A stretch of DNA of 64,000 nt, taken from the NCBI GenBank assembly GCA_022071945.1, contig JAJVIN010000021.1, positions 32,452-96,451 of the forward strand. Direction: 5' to 3'. This document shows positions 19,945 to 29,634 of this stretch, piece by piece. Positions within the stretch are counted from its first letter, which is position 1. Every line of letters begins with the position of its first letter. Below the pieces are notes generated by a model, which was not told the DNA's origin, made no database searches, and saw only the letters and a list, made by a program, of their open reading frames with translations. A program made the position numbers and the translations under genes. The DNA is from Thermoanaerobaculia bacterium. GTDB taxonomy: Bacteria > Acidobacteriota > Thermoanaerobaculia > UBA5066.

Positions 19945-20735
19945 TCTCGCCTCCTGAAGAAGTCGGGGCGAAGCCGCGAAAGATTCGACACGGACGGCTC
20001 CTCGACGAGCGTCAGGACCCCGCTCGCGTCGATCTCCGCGTGCTTTCTCTCCTGGAGCCACGCGGGCAGAAGACGGGCCACTCCTCCCGAGCTCTCGAAT
20101 GACCTGCTGATGTGGAAATGGCCGATCAGGACCTCGTCGAATCCCGCTCGCCGGGCGCGAGCCCCTTCCCTCCCGAGGGCCTCCTCGGGAAGGTACCGCT
20201 TGTGCCGGAAATTGGAGTGGTAGAGGCGTGCCTCCGTCCTGGCGACAATGGCCCGAGCGATCGGGCCGGGGATTACTTTCAGGGCAGCTCGCGAGACCGG
20301 GTTCTTCGACACCAGAAGCCAGAAACGGTATGGCAGGTCGCGGGTGTTCACCCGGTCCCCGTGGACAAAGGCATAGGTGCGGCCGCCGACAGCGATGCCG
20401 TCCGTCCGCCCGTAGGACGAAAACCAGGCAGCGTAGGGCGTGCCCGCCAGGAAGAAGTCGCGGTTTCCCTCGATGTAGCGAATGGCGATCCCCTCCCCGG
20501 CCAGTTCTCGCCACGCCTCCAGGACCCGTCTCACGAGGGGCGTTTCGAACTTTCTGTCGCCGATGAAGTACTGGAAGATGTCTCCGAGCAAGACGATGGT
20601 CCGAAATCCCCGTTCCCGCAGGGAATGGAGAGAGGCGAGAAAGTCGTCGCCATCCCCTTCGACCTGTCCGAGGTGCGAATCCGCGATGATGGCCACGGGG
20701 CCATCGATTCGCGCCGGTTCCGGGTACTCGAGCAT
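19941..20735 (-). CDS. Calcineurin-like metallophosphoesterase (LpxH/UDP-2,3-diacylglucosamine hydrolase-like).
   Basis: DSHLG, GD..D, GNRD, VHGD and GHFH phosphoesterase motifs. Confidence 0.7.
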   Translation of the reverse strand: MLEYPEPARIDGPVAIIADSHLGQVEGDGDDFLASLHSLRERGFRTIVLLGDIFQYFIGDRKFETPLVRRVLEAWRELAGEGIAIRYIEGNRDFFLAGTPYAAWFSSYGRTDGIAVGGRTYAFVHGDRVNTRDLPYRFWLLVSKNPVSRAALKVIPGPIARAIVARTEARLYHSNFRHKRYLPEEALGREGARARRAGFDEVLIGHFHISRSFESSGGVARLLPAWLQERKHAEIDASGVLTLVEEPSVSNLSRLRPDFFRRRE

Positions 20736-20824
20736 CGGGCCCGATTCTAGGCTGTCCAAACGTCCCGGGAACGGAGTCTCCCCGCCAGCCCCGGGCAGCG
20801 TGGGAGCGTATACTCCGCCTTCCC

Positions 20825-21970
20825 GTGAGGCGTTTCCGATATCCCATCCTGCTCGGACTCGGCTGGCTCGTCTGGATCTGGGCGGTGGCGCTGATCTCGG
20901 AGCAGGTGTGGCCCTGGATGATGGGCCCGCACAACTGGTCCTATGACGTCTCCCGCAGGGCGACCGCCCTGACCCGGTGGGACTCCGGGTGGTACGTCGC
21001 GATCGTGGAGAGCGGCTACCAGAATCCGCCGACAAGGGTCGCGGAGCAGACCAACCACGCGTTCTTTCCGCTCTATCCCCTGATCGTCCGGGCGATCGTG
21101 AAGGCGACCAAGATGGAAACGTCGGTCGCGGGCAACATCGTCTCCGCGCTTGCGCTTCTGGGCACTCTCCCTCTCTTGGCCCAGTTCACGAGACGGAACT
21201 TCGGAGAGGATGAGGTCAAGCCGGCCCTGTGGCTGTTCCTGCTCTTTCCGACCTCGTTTTTCTTCGCCTCCGTTTACACCGAGAGCCTCGTCCTCTTTCT
21301 CTCGCTTCTGGCAGTCGTCGCGCTGCAGGAAAAGAAACCCGTCGTCTCGGCGGCGGGAGCCTACCTCGCGGGACTGACCCGCATCTCGGGAATCCTCTTG
21401 GCTCCGTACCTGTTCCTGCTCTCGCTCGAGGAATCGGGCCGGGACGAGTTGAAAAAGCCGCGAACCTGGATCAAGGCGCTCGTTGCCGCACTCCCTCCCC
21501 TCGCGGGCTTCGGGACCTTCTGTCTCTACTACTGGAAGCGCTTCGGCGATCCCTTCCTTTTTTTCACCGCGCAGCACAACTGGGCGGACGCCCCCAAGAC
21601 CGTCTGGGATGGCCCCCGGCTGATCTGGGAGGCCGTCGTCACCGACATCACGACGGGCCGGATCCTGACGAAGAGCCCGGCCCGAACGCTCGAGGGCTTC
21701 TTCTTCGTCCTCTTCATCGGGCTTTCCCTCTACCTGATCGTGAAGAAGCGCTTCAGCCACGGCGCCTATTCAGGGATGACGACCGGCATCATCCTGGCGA
21801 GCGGAACGCTCGAGTCGACGGGCCGCTACGTCCTGCCCGCCTTCCCGGCATTCGTGGCCCTGTCACGGCTTCACACCCGACCGATTCTCTGGGCCCTCAT
21901 CCTCACCGGATGCGCCGCCGCCCAGGTCTTTTACGTTTTCGTTTTCGTGCACTGGCTATGGGCCGGATGA
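20825..21970 (+). CDS. Integral-membrane glycosyltransferase (PIG-V/DUF2029 mannosyltransferase-like).
   Basis: Multi-pass hydrophobic profile. The conserved W.SGWY region is typical of family 87/PIG-V transferases. Confidence 0.6.
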   Translation: MRRFRYPILLGLGWLVWIWAVALISEQVWPWMMGPHNWSYDVSRRATALTRWDSGWYVAIVESGYQNPPTRVAEQTNHAFFPLYPLIVRAIVKATKMETSVAGNIVSALALLGTLPLLAQFTRRNFGEDEVKPALWLFLLFPTSFFFASVYTESLVLFLSLLAVVALQEKKPVVSAAGAYLAGLTRISGILLAPYLFLLSLEESGRDELKKPRTWIKALVAALPPLAGFGTFCLYYWKRFGDPFLFFTAQHNWADAPKTVWDGPRLIWEAVVTDITTGRILTKSPARTLEGFFFVLFIGLSLYLIVKKRFSHGAYSGMTTGIILASGTLESTGRYVLPAFPAFVALSRLHTRPILWALILTGCAAAQVFYVFVFVHWLWAG

Positions 21971-22746
21971 AGTCGGCTCTCGTCCCGCTCGTCCTCTTTC
22001 TGTTGTTGACGGGCTGCCAGCGCGAGCATCAACCGATCGGGGACTATCAGTACTTCATCCCGGCGGTGGTCCGCTCGCCGCGAGGAAGCGGCCTGGAGTG
22101 GAAGACGCGAGTCGTGCTGTCGAATCCGTCCGGGTCGGAAGTGCCCGTGAGGGCGTACCGGTGGCCGCCGGCTCATCGGACGCTCGAGACGTTCGACGTC
22201 ACGCTGGCTTCGGGGCAAACGACATCGATTCCCAGCCTCGTGGCGCCTCTTCCGGCGGTCTCCTCGCTTTATGTCGAGAGCAAGCAGCCGGTCGGGCTCG
22301 AGGTCCTGGTCGAGTCCCGCAGGAAGTCAGATCTGGCCCCCCTTCGCGTGCCGGTTCTCCACATTCAGGATCTCGCCAGGCCGGGAGACACCCTCAGAAT
22401 CGAGGGGCTCCTGAACGACGATCACTACAGAAGCCACTACTGTTTCACGATGCCCTGGACCGAGAAGGACGGCGTTCCTTACCTGATCCGGCTCGTGATG
22501 ACGACGGGAAAGCGTCATCTCCTGACCGAGACGAAGACCATTCCCGGCGTTCCGCTCGTCGTCGCGGACCCCTGGCAAGCCCACGGACTCCCGCCCGGCA
22601 TGCCTCTCGATCTCGAGGTGACCCTTCTCGGGAGCAACCGGGGGAGAAAGGTCGTCCACGGGCTCTGGGTTTACGGGATCCGGCAGGACAAGGCCACGGG
22701 CCAGTCGGAGTTCCTCCAGACGCGCGTCGAGCGTGGCAGCCGCTAG
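21967..22746 (+). CDS. Lipoprotein of unknown function.
   Basis: Lipobox LLLTGC. Its ATG overlaps the upstream stop as ATGA. Confidence 0.6.
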   Translation: MKSALVPLVLFLLLTGCQREHQPIGDYQYFIPAVVRSPRGSGLEWKTRVVLSNPSGSEVPVRAYRWPPAHRTLETFDVTLASGQTTSIPSLVAPLPAVSSLYVESKQPVGLEVLVESRRKSDLAPLRVPVLHIQDLARPGDTLRIEGLLNDDHYRSHYCFTMPWTEKDGVPYLIRLVMTTGKRHLLTETKTIPGVPLVVADPWQAHGLPPGMPLDLEVTLLGSNRGRKVVHGLWVYGIRQDKATGQSEFLQTRVERGSR

Positions 22747-22751
22747 ACGTC

Positions 22752-23474
22752 ATGGAAAAGGCACGGGTTGACAAGACGTCTCACCGGATCCGGGGGATGT
22801 TCGGCCGGGTGGCGCACCGCTACGACCTCTTGAACCGGCTCCTCTCCGGCGGGTCGGACATCGTCTGGCGCAGAAAGGCCATCCGCCTGCTGTCGCCACG
22901 GCCAGGAGAGCGGAACCTGGACCTGTGCTCGGGCACCGGAGACGTCGCTCTGGAGGTCTTCCGCCGTTCGAGCGGAGAGACGAGGGGCGTGGCCGCCGAC
23001 TTCACCTTCGAGATGCTCGCCCTGGGGAAGCGCAAGATCGAGAGGGCGCGGGCCTCTATCCCCGAGGTCAATGCCGACGCCCTCGCCTTGCCTTTTCAAA
23101 GCGCGTCCTTCGACAGCGCCACGGTCGCCTTCGGCGTGAGGAACTTCGAGAGCTTCGAGAGGGGGATCCGGGAGATCCACCGGGTCCTGAAACCGTCCGG
23201 AAGGCTCGCAATCCTCGAGTTCATCCCCGAGCCCGACTCGATCCTGGCGCCCGGAATCCGCCTCTACACTCGGACCGTCCTGCCCAGGATCGGAGCCTGG
23301 ATCAGCGGCGACGACCACGCGTATCAGTACCTTCCCGATTCGGTCGAACAGTGGCCCAGCCCTGAACTGCTGGGACAGAAACTGAAGCAAGTCGGGTTTG
23401 TGACCGTCCGGTTCGAGGTTCTGGTCCTTGGGATGGCCGCCGTCCACATTGCCGAACGAGGAGGAGAGAGATGA
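22752..23474 (+). CDS. ubiE: Demethylmenaquinone/ubiquinone C-methyltransferase.
   Basis: Class I SAM methyltransferase with DLCSGTGD, and the UbiE/MenG N-terminus HRYDLLNRLLS. Confidence 0.8.
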   Translation: MEKARVDKTSHRIRGMFGRVAHRYDLLNRLLSGGSDIVWRRKAIRLLSPRPGERNLDLCSGTGDVALEVFRRSSGETRGVAADFTFEMLALGKRKIERARASIPEVNADALALPFQSASFDSATVAFGVRNFESFERGIREIHRVLKPSGRLAILEFIPEPDSILAPGIRLYTRTVLPRIGAWISGDDHAYQYLPDSVEQWPSPELLGQKLKQVGFVTVRFEVLVLGMAAVHIAERGGER

Positions 23475-24400
23475 CCGCCCGGATTCTCGACGGAAAGAAG
23501 GCTGCACAGACACTGAGAGCGGAGGCCGCCGCGCATGCCGCGCGGCTGAAGGAGCAAGGGATCACCCCTTCTCTCGTCGTCGTCCTCGCTGGCGACAACC
23601 CTGCCAGCGCCGTCTACGTGAGAAACAAGGCGACAGCGGCCGGCGAGGCCGGAATCGCGGCGCGGACGCTGCGCTTCGATGCATCGCTTTCGGAAACAGA
23701 GCTCCTCGGCACGATCCACGAGCTCAACGCCGACGACACGGTCGACGCCATCCTCGTCCAGCTCCCCTTGCCGGCGCACATCTCGACACAGCGAGTCCTG
23801 GAGGCGGTGGTGCCGGCCAAGGACGTCGACGGCTTCCATCCCCTCAATGCCGGGAAGCTCCTGCAGGGCCAGCGCGGGCCCGTTCCCTGCACGCCCGCGG
23901 GAATCATGGATCTCCTGCGACTCGAGGGAATCGACCCGAAAGGCATGAGGGCGACGGTGATCGGACGCAGCGACATCGTCGGAAAGCCCATGGCTCTCCT
24001 CTTGATGCACGCTCACGCCACCGTCACGATCGCGCACTCGCGCACTCGCGACCTCGCTGGCGTTTGCCGCGAGGCCGACCTCCTCGTCGCGGCTCTGGGA
24101 AAGCCGGGTCTCGTGACGGCGGACTTCGTCCAGCCCGGTGCCATCGTCATCGACGTGGGCATCAACCGCGTGGACTCTCGGGCGGAGGTGGAGCGGCTCT
24201 TCGGGCACGACGAGAAGCGGCTCACGGAGTTCGACCGGAAGGGCTCGGTCCTAGCCGGCGATTGCGAGTGGGCCTCGGTCGTCTCGGTCGCCTCCGCCGT
24301 CACTCCCGTTCCCGGTGGTGTGGGACCCCTCACCATCGCCCGGCTCCTGAAGAACACCGTCGAGCTCGCAGAGAGCCGGCGGCTGAGCATCCTCTCTTGA
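23471..24400 (+). CDS. folD: Bifunctional methylenetetrahydrofolate dehydrogenase/cyclohydrolase.
   Basis: ILDGK...YVRNK...DGFHP..NAGKL and GRS.IVGKP motifs. Confidence 0.9.
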   Translation: MTARILDGKKAAQTLRAEAAAHAARLKEQGITPSLVVVLAGDNPASAVYVRNKATAAGEAGIAARTLRFDASLSETELLGTIHELNADDTVDAILVQLPLPAHISTQRVLEAVVPAKDVDGFHPLNAGKLLQGQRGPVPCTPAGIMDLLRLEGIDPKGMRATVIGRSDIVGKPMALLLMHAHATVTIAHSRTRDLAGVCREADLLVAALGKPGLVTADFVQPGAIVIDVGINRVDSRAEVERLFGHDEKRLTEFDRKGSVLAGDCEWASVVSVASAVTPVPGGVGPLTIARLLKNTVELAESRRLSILS

Positions 24401-25023
24401 TTCTCAGAGCCGGCCTGACGGGAGGCATGGCTTGCGGCAAGTCCACCGTGGCCCGCACGCTGGCCGAATGCGGGATTCCCGTTCTCGATGCGGACCGGAT
24501 CGTCCATGCCCTCTACGAACCCGGGGAGGAGGGGGCAGCCGCTGTCGCAGCCGCATTCGGACCGGCGATGCTGGCGAGCTCGGGTGCGGTCGACAGGAAG
24601 GCGCTCGCGGCGGCGGTGTTCGGCGACGCCGAGAAGGTGAGAAGGCTCAATGCCCTCGTCCACCCTCTCGTTCACAAGAGACAGGCGTCCTGGTTTGCCG
24701 AGCTCGAACGGGAAGGACACGCGCTCGGTGTCGTCGAGGCGACTCTCCTTTTCGAGAGCGGCGGCCGGTCACGGTTCGACATCATCGTCACCGTTTCGGC
24801 GCCACAAGCCGTTCGAATCGAGCGAGCCCTCGCGCGAACGTCTGGGATCACGGCGGAAGAGGTCCGGTCCCGGATCAACGCCCAGTGGCCCGACAGCAAG
24901 CGAGAGGAGCTGGCCGACATCGTGATCCGAAACGAGGGCACCCTGCCCGAGCTGATCGAAGCGAGCCGCGCCCTCGCCACGGCGCTCCTGAAGAGGGCGG
25001 TCTCCCGGCTTCAGCGGACCTGA
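24397..25023 (+). CDS. coaE: Dephospho-CoA kinase.
   Basis: P-loop GLTGGMACGKST. A TTG start is chosen at 24397. An alternative ATG at 24427 would truncate the P-loop context. Confidence 0.7.
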   Translation: MILRAGLTGGMACGKSTVARTLAECGIPVLDADRIVHALYEPGEEGAAAVAAAFGPAMLASSGAVDRKALAAAVFGDAEKVRRLNALVHPLVHKRQASWFAELEREGHALGVVEATLLFESGGRSRFDIIVTVSAPQAVRIERALARTSGITAEEVRSRINAQWPDSKREELADIVIRNEGTLPELIEASRALATALLKRAVSRLQRT

Positions 25024-25589
25024 TCGAGGAGAGACCGGAGCTTGCAGAAAGCCTGGCTCCGGTGCGAGATCGCGTTCTTCTCGGCGGGTTCCATCTCGGC
25101 GAACGTCCGCGACTCCCCTTCCAGCACGAAGAGAACGTCCCAGCCGAAACCGCCCGAACCGCGCGGGAAAGAAGCGATCGTTCCCGCGACTTCCCCGCGC
25201 ACGCAAGAAACGTCGGGGAGAGTGAATCCCGGCCGGGCCAGGGCGAGGACGGATACCGCCGTCGCCGAGCGATCCGGGAAGGAGTCGAGCATCCGGGCAA
25301 ACCCGGCCTCTCCGGCGGCCGCCACGGCCCACTTCGTGAAGGGCCCGGGGTACCCGTTCCACGCGGCAACGGAGAGACCCGAATCCTCGACGAGGACCCA
25401 GCCATTGACGACCGCGGCGGCGGCGAGTGCCTTGGCTGCCGCGACGGCGGAAAAATCCGCGGACTGGATCTCGGGAAGATCGAGCCCGAGGGAACGGAGA
25501 GACCGTCCGGCGAGCGCCTCGGCCTCTCTTCTCTTTCCTTCGTTGCCGGTCACCAGGGTGATGACTTCATCCTGGCGGGGCAGATTCAA
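25011..25589 (-). CDS. rdgB: dITP/XTP pyrophosphatase (Ham1/RdgB family).
   Basis: The Ham1 family signature TGNEGK is present near the N-terminus. Confidence 0.85.
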   Translation of the reverse strand: MNLPRQDEVITLVTGNEGKRREAEALAGRSLRSLGLDLPEIQSADFSAVAAAKALAAAAVVNGWVLVEDSGLSVAAWNGYPGPFTKWAVAAAGEAGFARMLDSFPDRSATAVSVLALARPGFTLPDVSCVRGEVAGTIASFPRGSGGFGWDVLFVLEGESRTFAEMEPAEKNAISHRSQAFCKLRSLLDQVR

Positions 25590-27232
25590 TACGACGCTCC
25601 GGGGGGAGGCAGGGGCAGTCCCCTGCCGTCGAGCCGGACCCGATAGGCCCTGAAGCCTCGCGTCAGGCCCTTGAGCTTCATCTCGCCGAGCGGCTCGAAC
25701 GAGAAGTCATTGGCGGCCTGCTCGGCTGTCTCGTACCCGACGACGATCTCGTTCGGGCCGGCCACGTGTTCCTCGAGGCGGGCTGCGATGTTGACCGTGT
25801 TCCCAAGGACGGTGTAGTCGACGCGCTTGTCCGACCCGACGTCGCCGACGAACACGTTGCCGGTGTTGATGCCGATGCGGATTCCCACTGTCGGCTCCCC
25901 GCGCGAGGCGCGCTCGGCATTCCAGGCCTTGACGTTCTCCACGAGCCGCGCGGCCGCGGCGACGGAGCGGCGGGCGTGATCCGGCTGATAGATGGGCGCG
26001 CCGAAGAACGCCATCACCGCGTCGCCGATGAACTTGTCGAGGGTGCCGCCCTGGGCGAAGATCGCGTCCGCCGCGAAAGTGAAGACCGTGGTGAGGAACT
26101 TCGCGAGTTCTTCCGGCTCCATCGATTCGGCCGCGGTCGTGAACCCGACGATGTCGGCGAAGAGGACCGAGACGGGCCGGATCCGGATCTTCTCGACGTT
26201 GGCCACGTCGGCTTCCGAGACGATCTCCTCGACCACGGCGGGTGAGTGGTAGCGCGACAGCCGCTCCCGGATCTTCTCCTCGTTTTCGATGCGCTTCTGG
26301 AGCCGGGCGCGCTCGATGGCGACGGCGGCGAAGTTCCCGAGCGCCGTCAGAAGATCGAGGTCGTCCGCGGTGAAGGTTCCGGCGCGCAGGGGCGTGTCGA
26401 CGTGGAGGGCCCCGATGATGCGTTCCTGATTCCAGAGCGGGACGCACATTGCGGACCGGATCTGCTGGATACGGATCGACTGCCCGGCCTCGAAGCGTCC
26501 ATCGGCCAGAGCGTCGGACGTCAGGACCGCTATCCGATCGCGGACGACGGTGTCGACGATCGTGTGCGAGAAGATCTCGGTCGCCTCCACGCGATCCTTC
26601 CCCCGCTGCCGGGCCAGCATTGGAACGGGACGGTCGTTTCGGTCCAGAAGGACGACGACGGACCGATCGACGGGCAGGTACTCGAACAGGAGGTCCATGA
26701 CCTTCTCGAGGATCTCGTTGACCTCGCGCGCCACGATCAGTGTCTTGGCGACCTGGACCAGGATTTCGAAGATCTTGCCCCTGGCCACGGGCGAAGTGAA
26801 CCGCCGCCCGGAGACTGTGAGGCTCGCGTCCGCCTCGAGCGGTCCGACCTGCTCGAGGCCGAAGTCCCGGTTGAAGTCCGCGATCGACCGCACGAAGGTG
26901 GCCGACGACTCACTTTGGACCTTCGACGAGGCCACGGGCCCGACCTGGACTTCTTCCTTCACCGTCAGGGTGAAGGTGCCAACGGTCACCACGTCTCCCT
27001 CGGTCAGGAGCGCCTGAGTCACGAAGCGGCCATTGAGCTTGATTCCGTTGGTCGAGTTCTGGTCGTAGATGATCCAGCGTTCCTTCTCGCGCCGCAGCAC
27101 CGCATGCCGGCGTGAAACCGAGAAGTCGTTGAGGACGACTTCGTTATCACTGGATCTGCCGAGCGAGATCTCGGTGCCCGCAAGCCGGTACCGACGGGTT
27201 TGCCCCTCAACCTCGTAGACGAGTTCGAGCAT
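25586..27232 (-). CDS. FHA domain, GAF domain and class III adenylate/guanylate cyclase fusion protein.
   Basis: The N-terminal FHA reads LGRSSDNEVVLNDFSVSRRHAVL. A central GAF follows. The C-terminal cyclase has FADIVGFT....GD..MAFFG. Confidence 0.85.
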   Translation of the reverse strand: MLELVYEVEGQTRRYRLAGTEISLGRSSDNEVVLNDFSVSRRHAVLRREKERWIIYDQNSTNGIKLNGRFVTQALLTEGDVVTVGTFTLTVKEEVQVGPVASSKVQSESSATFVRSIADFNRDFGLEQVGPLEADASLTVSGRRFTSPVARGKIFEILVQVAKTLIVAREVNEILEKVMDLLFEYLPVDRSVVVLLDRNDRPVPMLARQRGKDRVEATEIFSHTIVDTVVRDRIAVLTSDALADGRFEAGQSIRIQQIRSAMCVPLWNQERIIGALHVDTPLRAGTFTADDLDLLTALGNFAAVAIERARLQKRIENEEKIRERLSRYHSPAVVEEIVSEADVANVEKIRIRPVSVLFADIVGFTTAAESMEPEELAKFLTTVFTFAADAIFAQGGTLDKFIGDAVMAFFGAPIYQPDHARRSVAAAARLVENVKAWNAERASRGEPTVGIRIGINTGNVFVGDVGSDKRVDYTVLGNTVNIAARLEEHVAGPNEIVVGYETAEQAANDFSFEPLGEMKLKGLTRGFRAYRVRLDGRGLPLPPPGASY

Positions 27233-27283
27233 TCGAGCTCCGATTATAGGGTTCCGGCGGGCCAGACCCGGAAACTCCTGTTC

Positions 27284-28252
27284 CTAACCTCCGAGAGAAA
27301 ACCTGACGGTCGTCGTGAGATAGACGTCGACAGGGACCCCTTCGACCCGGGCCGGCTCGTACTCGTACTCCTTCACCGCTTCCGCCGCGACTTGTCCGAG
27401 CCCCATCGGGAGGTCACGCAGAATCTGGACGGACCCGACGGTCCCGTCCCGCTTGACCAGAATCCGCAAGATCACGATCCCCTGCACGCCGGCGCGGCGG
27501 GCCCCGTCCGGGTAGCGGGGCTTCACCTCCTTTTTCAGGATGGGCCGTTCCGACCCCTCGGGGAGGCTCTCGTAGGGGCCGCTCGACACGGCCGGCCGAT
27601 CGGGGGGCTCGAGCTCGCGTGCGGGAGGGATGGTGACCTCTCGGGCGGCGGGGCGGGGTGCGGGCTTTTCCGGCTCTTCCTCGGGAGGGTTCTCGGGCTC
27701 CGGAGTGGGAGTCGGCTCGGGCGGGACGAGCTGGACCGAGCGGCTCGCCACGAATCCGAGCGGCAGTCCGGGCAGCCTCAGTCCCAAGAAGTCTCCTCGC
27801 GTCGTGAGCACCTCGACCGGGGTGGCGGTCGGGATCTCGCCCCACTGGGCGGCCCCGTAGTCGGGTGCGAGGAACACCAGGGTCCGCTCGACTGTCAGAC
27901 CCGGCTGGGGCGCAAAACCCTGGACTTCGCGGGTTCGCTCTTGCCGCTCGACGAGTTCAGAGGACCGTTCGAAAGTGCCCTGGGGAATCCAGGCCCGACG
28001 TCCGTCGGACAACAGAACCGACACGAATCCATTCCTCGCCGCGCCGGCCTTGATCTGGGTTCCGCGCTTGAGCGTCGCGACGAGGGCCGAGGCCGCCGTG
28101 GCCTCCTGCCGGGCAAACGCCGGGTCGACGGAGATCATCCCGGTGCTTTCGTCCGCCTGCGACTTCTTCGCGGCGCCCTTGCCGCAGGCCGACAGGGCAG
28201 AGATGAGAGATGCCGTCAGGACCGCCCGGGCGATCGCCCCCCGCCCCCGCAT
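27284..28252 (-). CDS. Lipoprotein with a Pro/Glu-rich linker and a TonB C-terminal-like domain.
   Basis: Lipobox LSAC, a PEPTPTPEPENPPEEEPEKP linker, and a C-terminal Y.P.......G.V.V...V..DG.V....... TonB-C signature. Confidence 0.65.
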   Translation of the reverse strand: MRGRGAIARAVLTASLISALSACGKGAAKKSQADESTGMISVDPAFARQEATAASALVATLKRGTQIKAGAARNGFVSVLLSDGRRAWIPQGTFERSSELVERQERTREVQGFAPQPGLTVERTLVFLAPDYGAAQWGEIPTATPVEVLTTRGDFLGLRLPGLPLGFVASRSVQLVPPEPTPTPEPENPPEEEPEKPAPRPAAREVTIPPARELEPPDRPAVSSGPYESLPEGSERPILKKEVKPRYPDGARRAGVQGIVILRILVKRDGTVGSVQILRDLPMGLGQVAAEAVKEYEYEPARVEGVPVDVYLTTTVRFSLGG

Positions 28253-28254
28253 GT

Positions 28255-29544
28255 TCAGGAGAGCGGGGCCCGCACGAGGGGCATCGTCATGCAGCGGGGC
28301 CCGCCGCGAGCCCGAGACAGCTCCGTCGACGTCAGGAGGATCGCGTACTTCTTCGACGGCTTCCAGAGCTCGAGCTCCCGCCGTCCGAGCAGCAGCTCGT
28401 CATCGGTGATGACCTGGTACCCATGCCGCGTCAGCTCGTCGCACGTGCGCGTGTTTCGGTCGTAGAGCAGGATGATCCCGGGCGCCAGCGCAAACGCGTT
28501 CGCTCCGTCGGTCCATTGTTCCCGCTGCTGGTCGATCGGGTCTTTACCGCCGCACAGGAGGGGTTCGAGGTCGATCTTCCGGTGGCGAAGGGCCGTCAAC
28601 AGATCCGCCTCGGTCGTCCATGTGATCTCTCTTTTCGTCAGATCCGCGACATAGACGTCCGCCTCCTCGGCTCCTCCCGCCAGGATCATCGGGGCATAGC
28701 AGAGGCACTCGTGGTGGTTGATCTGGGTGAAGACCGTGTCGAGGTGCATGTACGACCGGGCTGGGGGAATCGCCACGACGAGGATCCTTTTGACGTGGGA
28801 TTTGCCCTTCCGCAGCGCCTCGGCCAGGCGTTCGATGGTGATCTTCTCGGTCCTTTCCGAGTAGCCGATGACCAGGAGGTCTTCCCGCAGGACCAAGACG
28901 TCGCCGCCCTCGATCGTCGGACGCATCCGCGCGAAAGAGACCGGCCGGGAGAACTCGGTGGAGAACTCCTGGAACCAGAAGGGGTCGCCATCGAACGAGA
29001 AGCGTGAGTTGTGCGCGAAGGCCGCCCCGGAAATCAGGGGCTCGCGGGACCGGGCGGGCGTGGCCATCGAGGCCCGGATCAACCGGTCTCCCACCGCTAT
29101 GGCGGGATCCCTTTGGAAGAAGTAGTTGGGGATCGGGGGCAGGGCGAAGAGCGAGTCGAGCGTTCCCGAGATCTCGGGCGACTCCCTCTCGACTCCCTCG
29201 ATGAGGGCGGCCGCGAGCTTCTCTGCCGGCATCTCGAGAAGGACCGGCAGGAGCTCCGCCGAGAGATGGAGCTCGGAAACGAGGCTCTCGAGCACCATCT
29301 CCTTCCGGTCGTCGTCCAGCAGGACCTCTTCGAGAAGATCCTGAATTTCAAGGACTTCCTGGGCGACGAACCGGAGGAGCTGCTGGAAGCGGCGGTGTTC
29401 CTCGCGGGCCCTGGCCCCGAACAGGATGTCGTCGAACAGGAGGTTCTGCATCATGGCCGGAACCATCCGGTCGATCTCTTTGCCCGGCTGGTGGATGACG
29501 ACAGTCTCGAGCTTTCCGATTTCGGAATGGATCTGGAGTCTCAT
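28255..29544 (-). CDS. arcA: Arginine deiminase.
   Basis: The amidinotransferase fold ends in GGPRCMTMPL, which contains the catalytic Cys. The start is chosen at MRLQIHSEIGKLETVVIHQPG. The upstream extension in the track ORF is unsupported. Confidence 0.75.
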   Translation of the reverse strand: MRLQIHSEIGKLETVVIHQPGKEIDRMVPAMMQNLLFDDILFGARAREEHRRFQQLLRFVAQEVLEIQDLLEEVLLDDDRKEMVLESLVSELHLSAELLPVLLEMPAEKLAAALIEGVERESPEISGTLDSLFALPPIPNYFFQRDPAIAVGDRLIRASMATPARSREPLISGAAFAHNSRFSFDGDPFWFQEFSTEFSRPVSFARMRPTIEGGDVLVLREDLLVIGYSERTEKITIERLAEALRKGKSHVKRILVVAIPPARSYMHLDTVFTQINHHECLCYAPMILAGGAEEADVYVADLTKREITWTTEADLLTALRHRKIDLEPLLCGGKDPIDQQREQWTDGANAFALAPGIILLYDRNTRTCDELTRHGYQVITDDELLLGRRELELWKPSKKYAILLTSTELSRARGGPRCMTMPLVRAPLS

Positions 29545-29634
29545 GACGGGGACAAGCTCTCGCGGGACGAGGGATACTAGCAAACACGGGAGCCGCGCCA
29601 AGAGCAGATGCCAGCGGCACCACCGGAGGATCGG

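Noticed and set aside
23428-25023. 531-aa track ORF overlapping folD.
   Set aside because: Only the last 208 codons (coaE, from the TTG at 24397) have protein-family signal. The upstream part is an out-of-frame overlap of folD.
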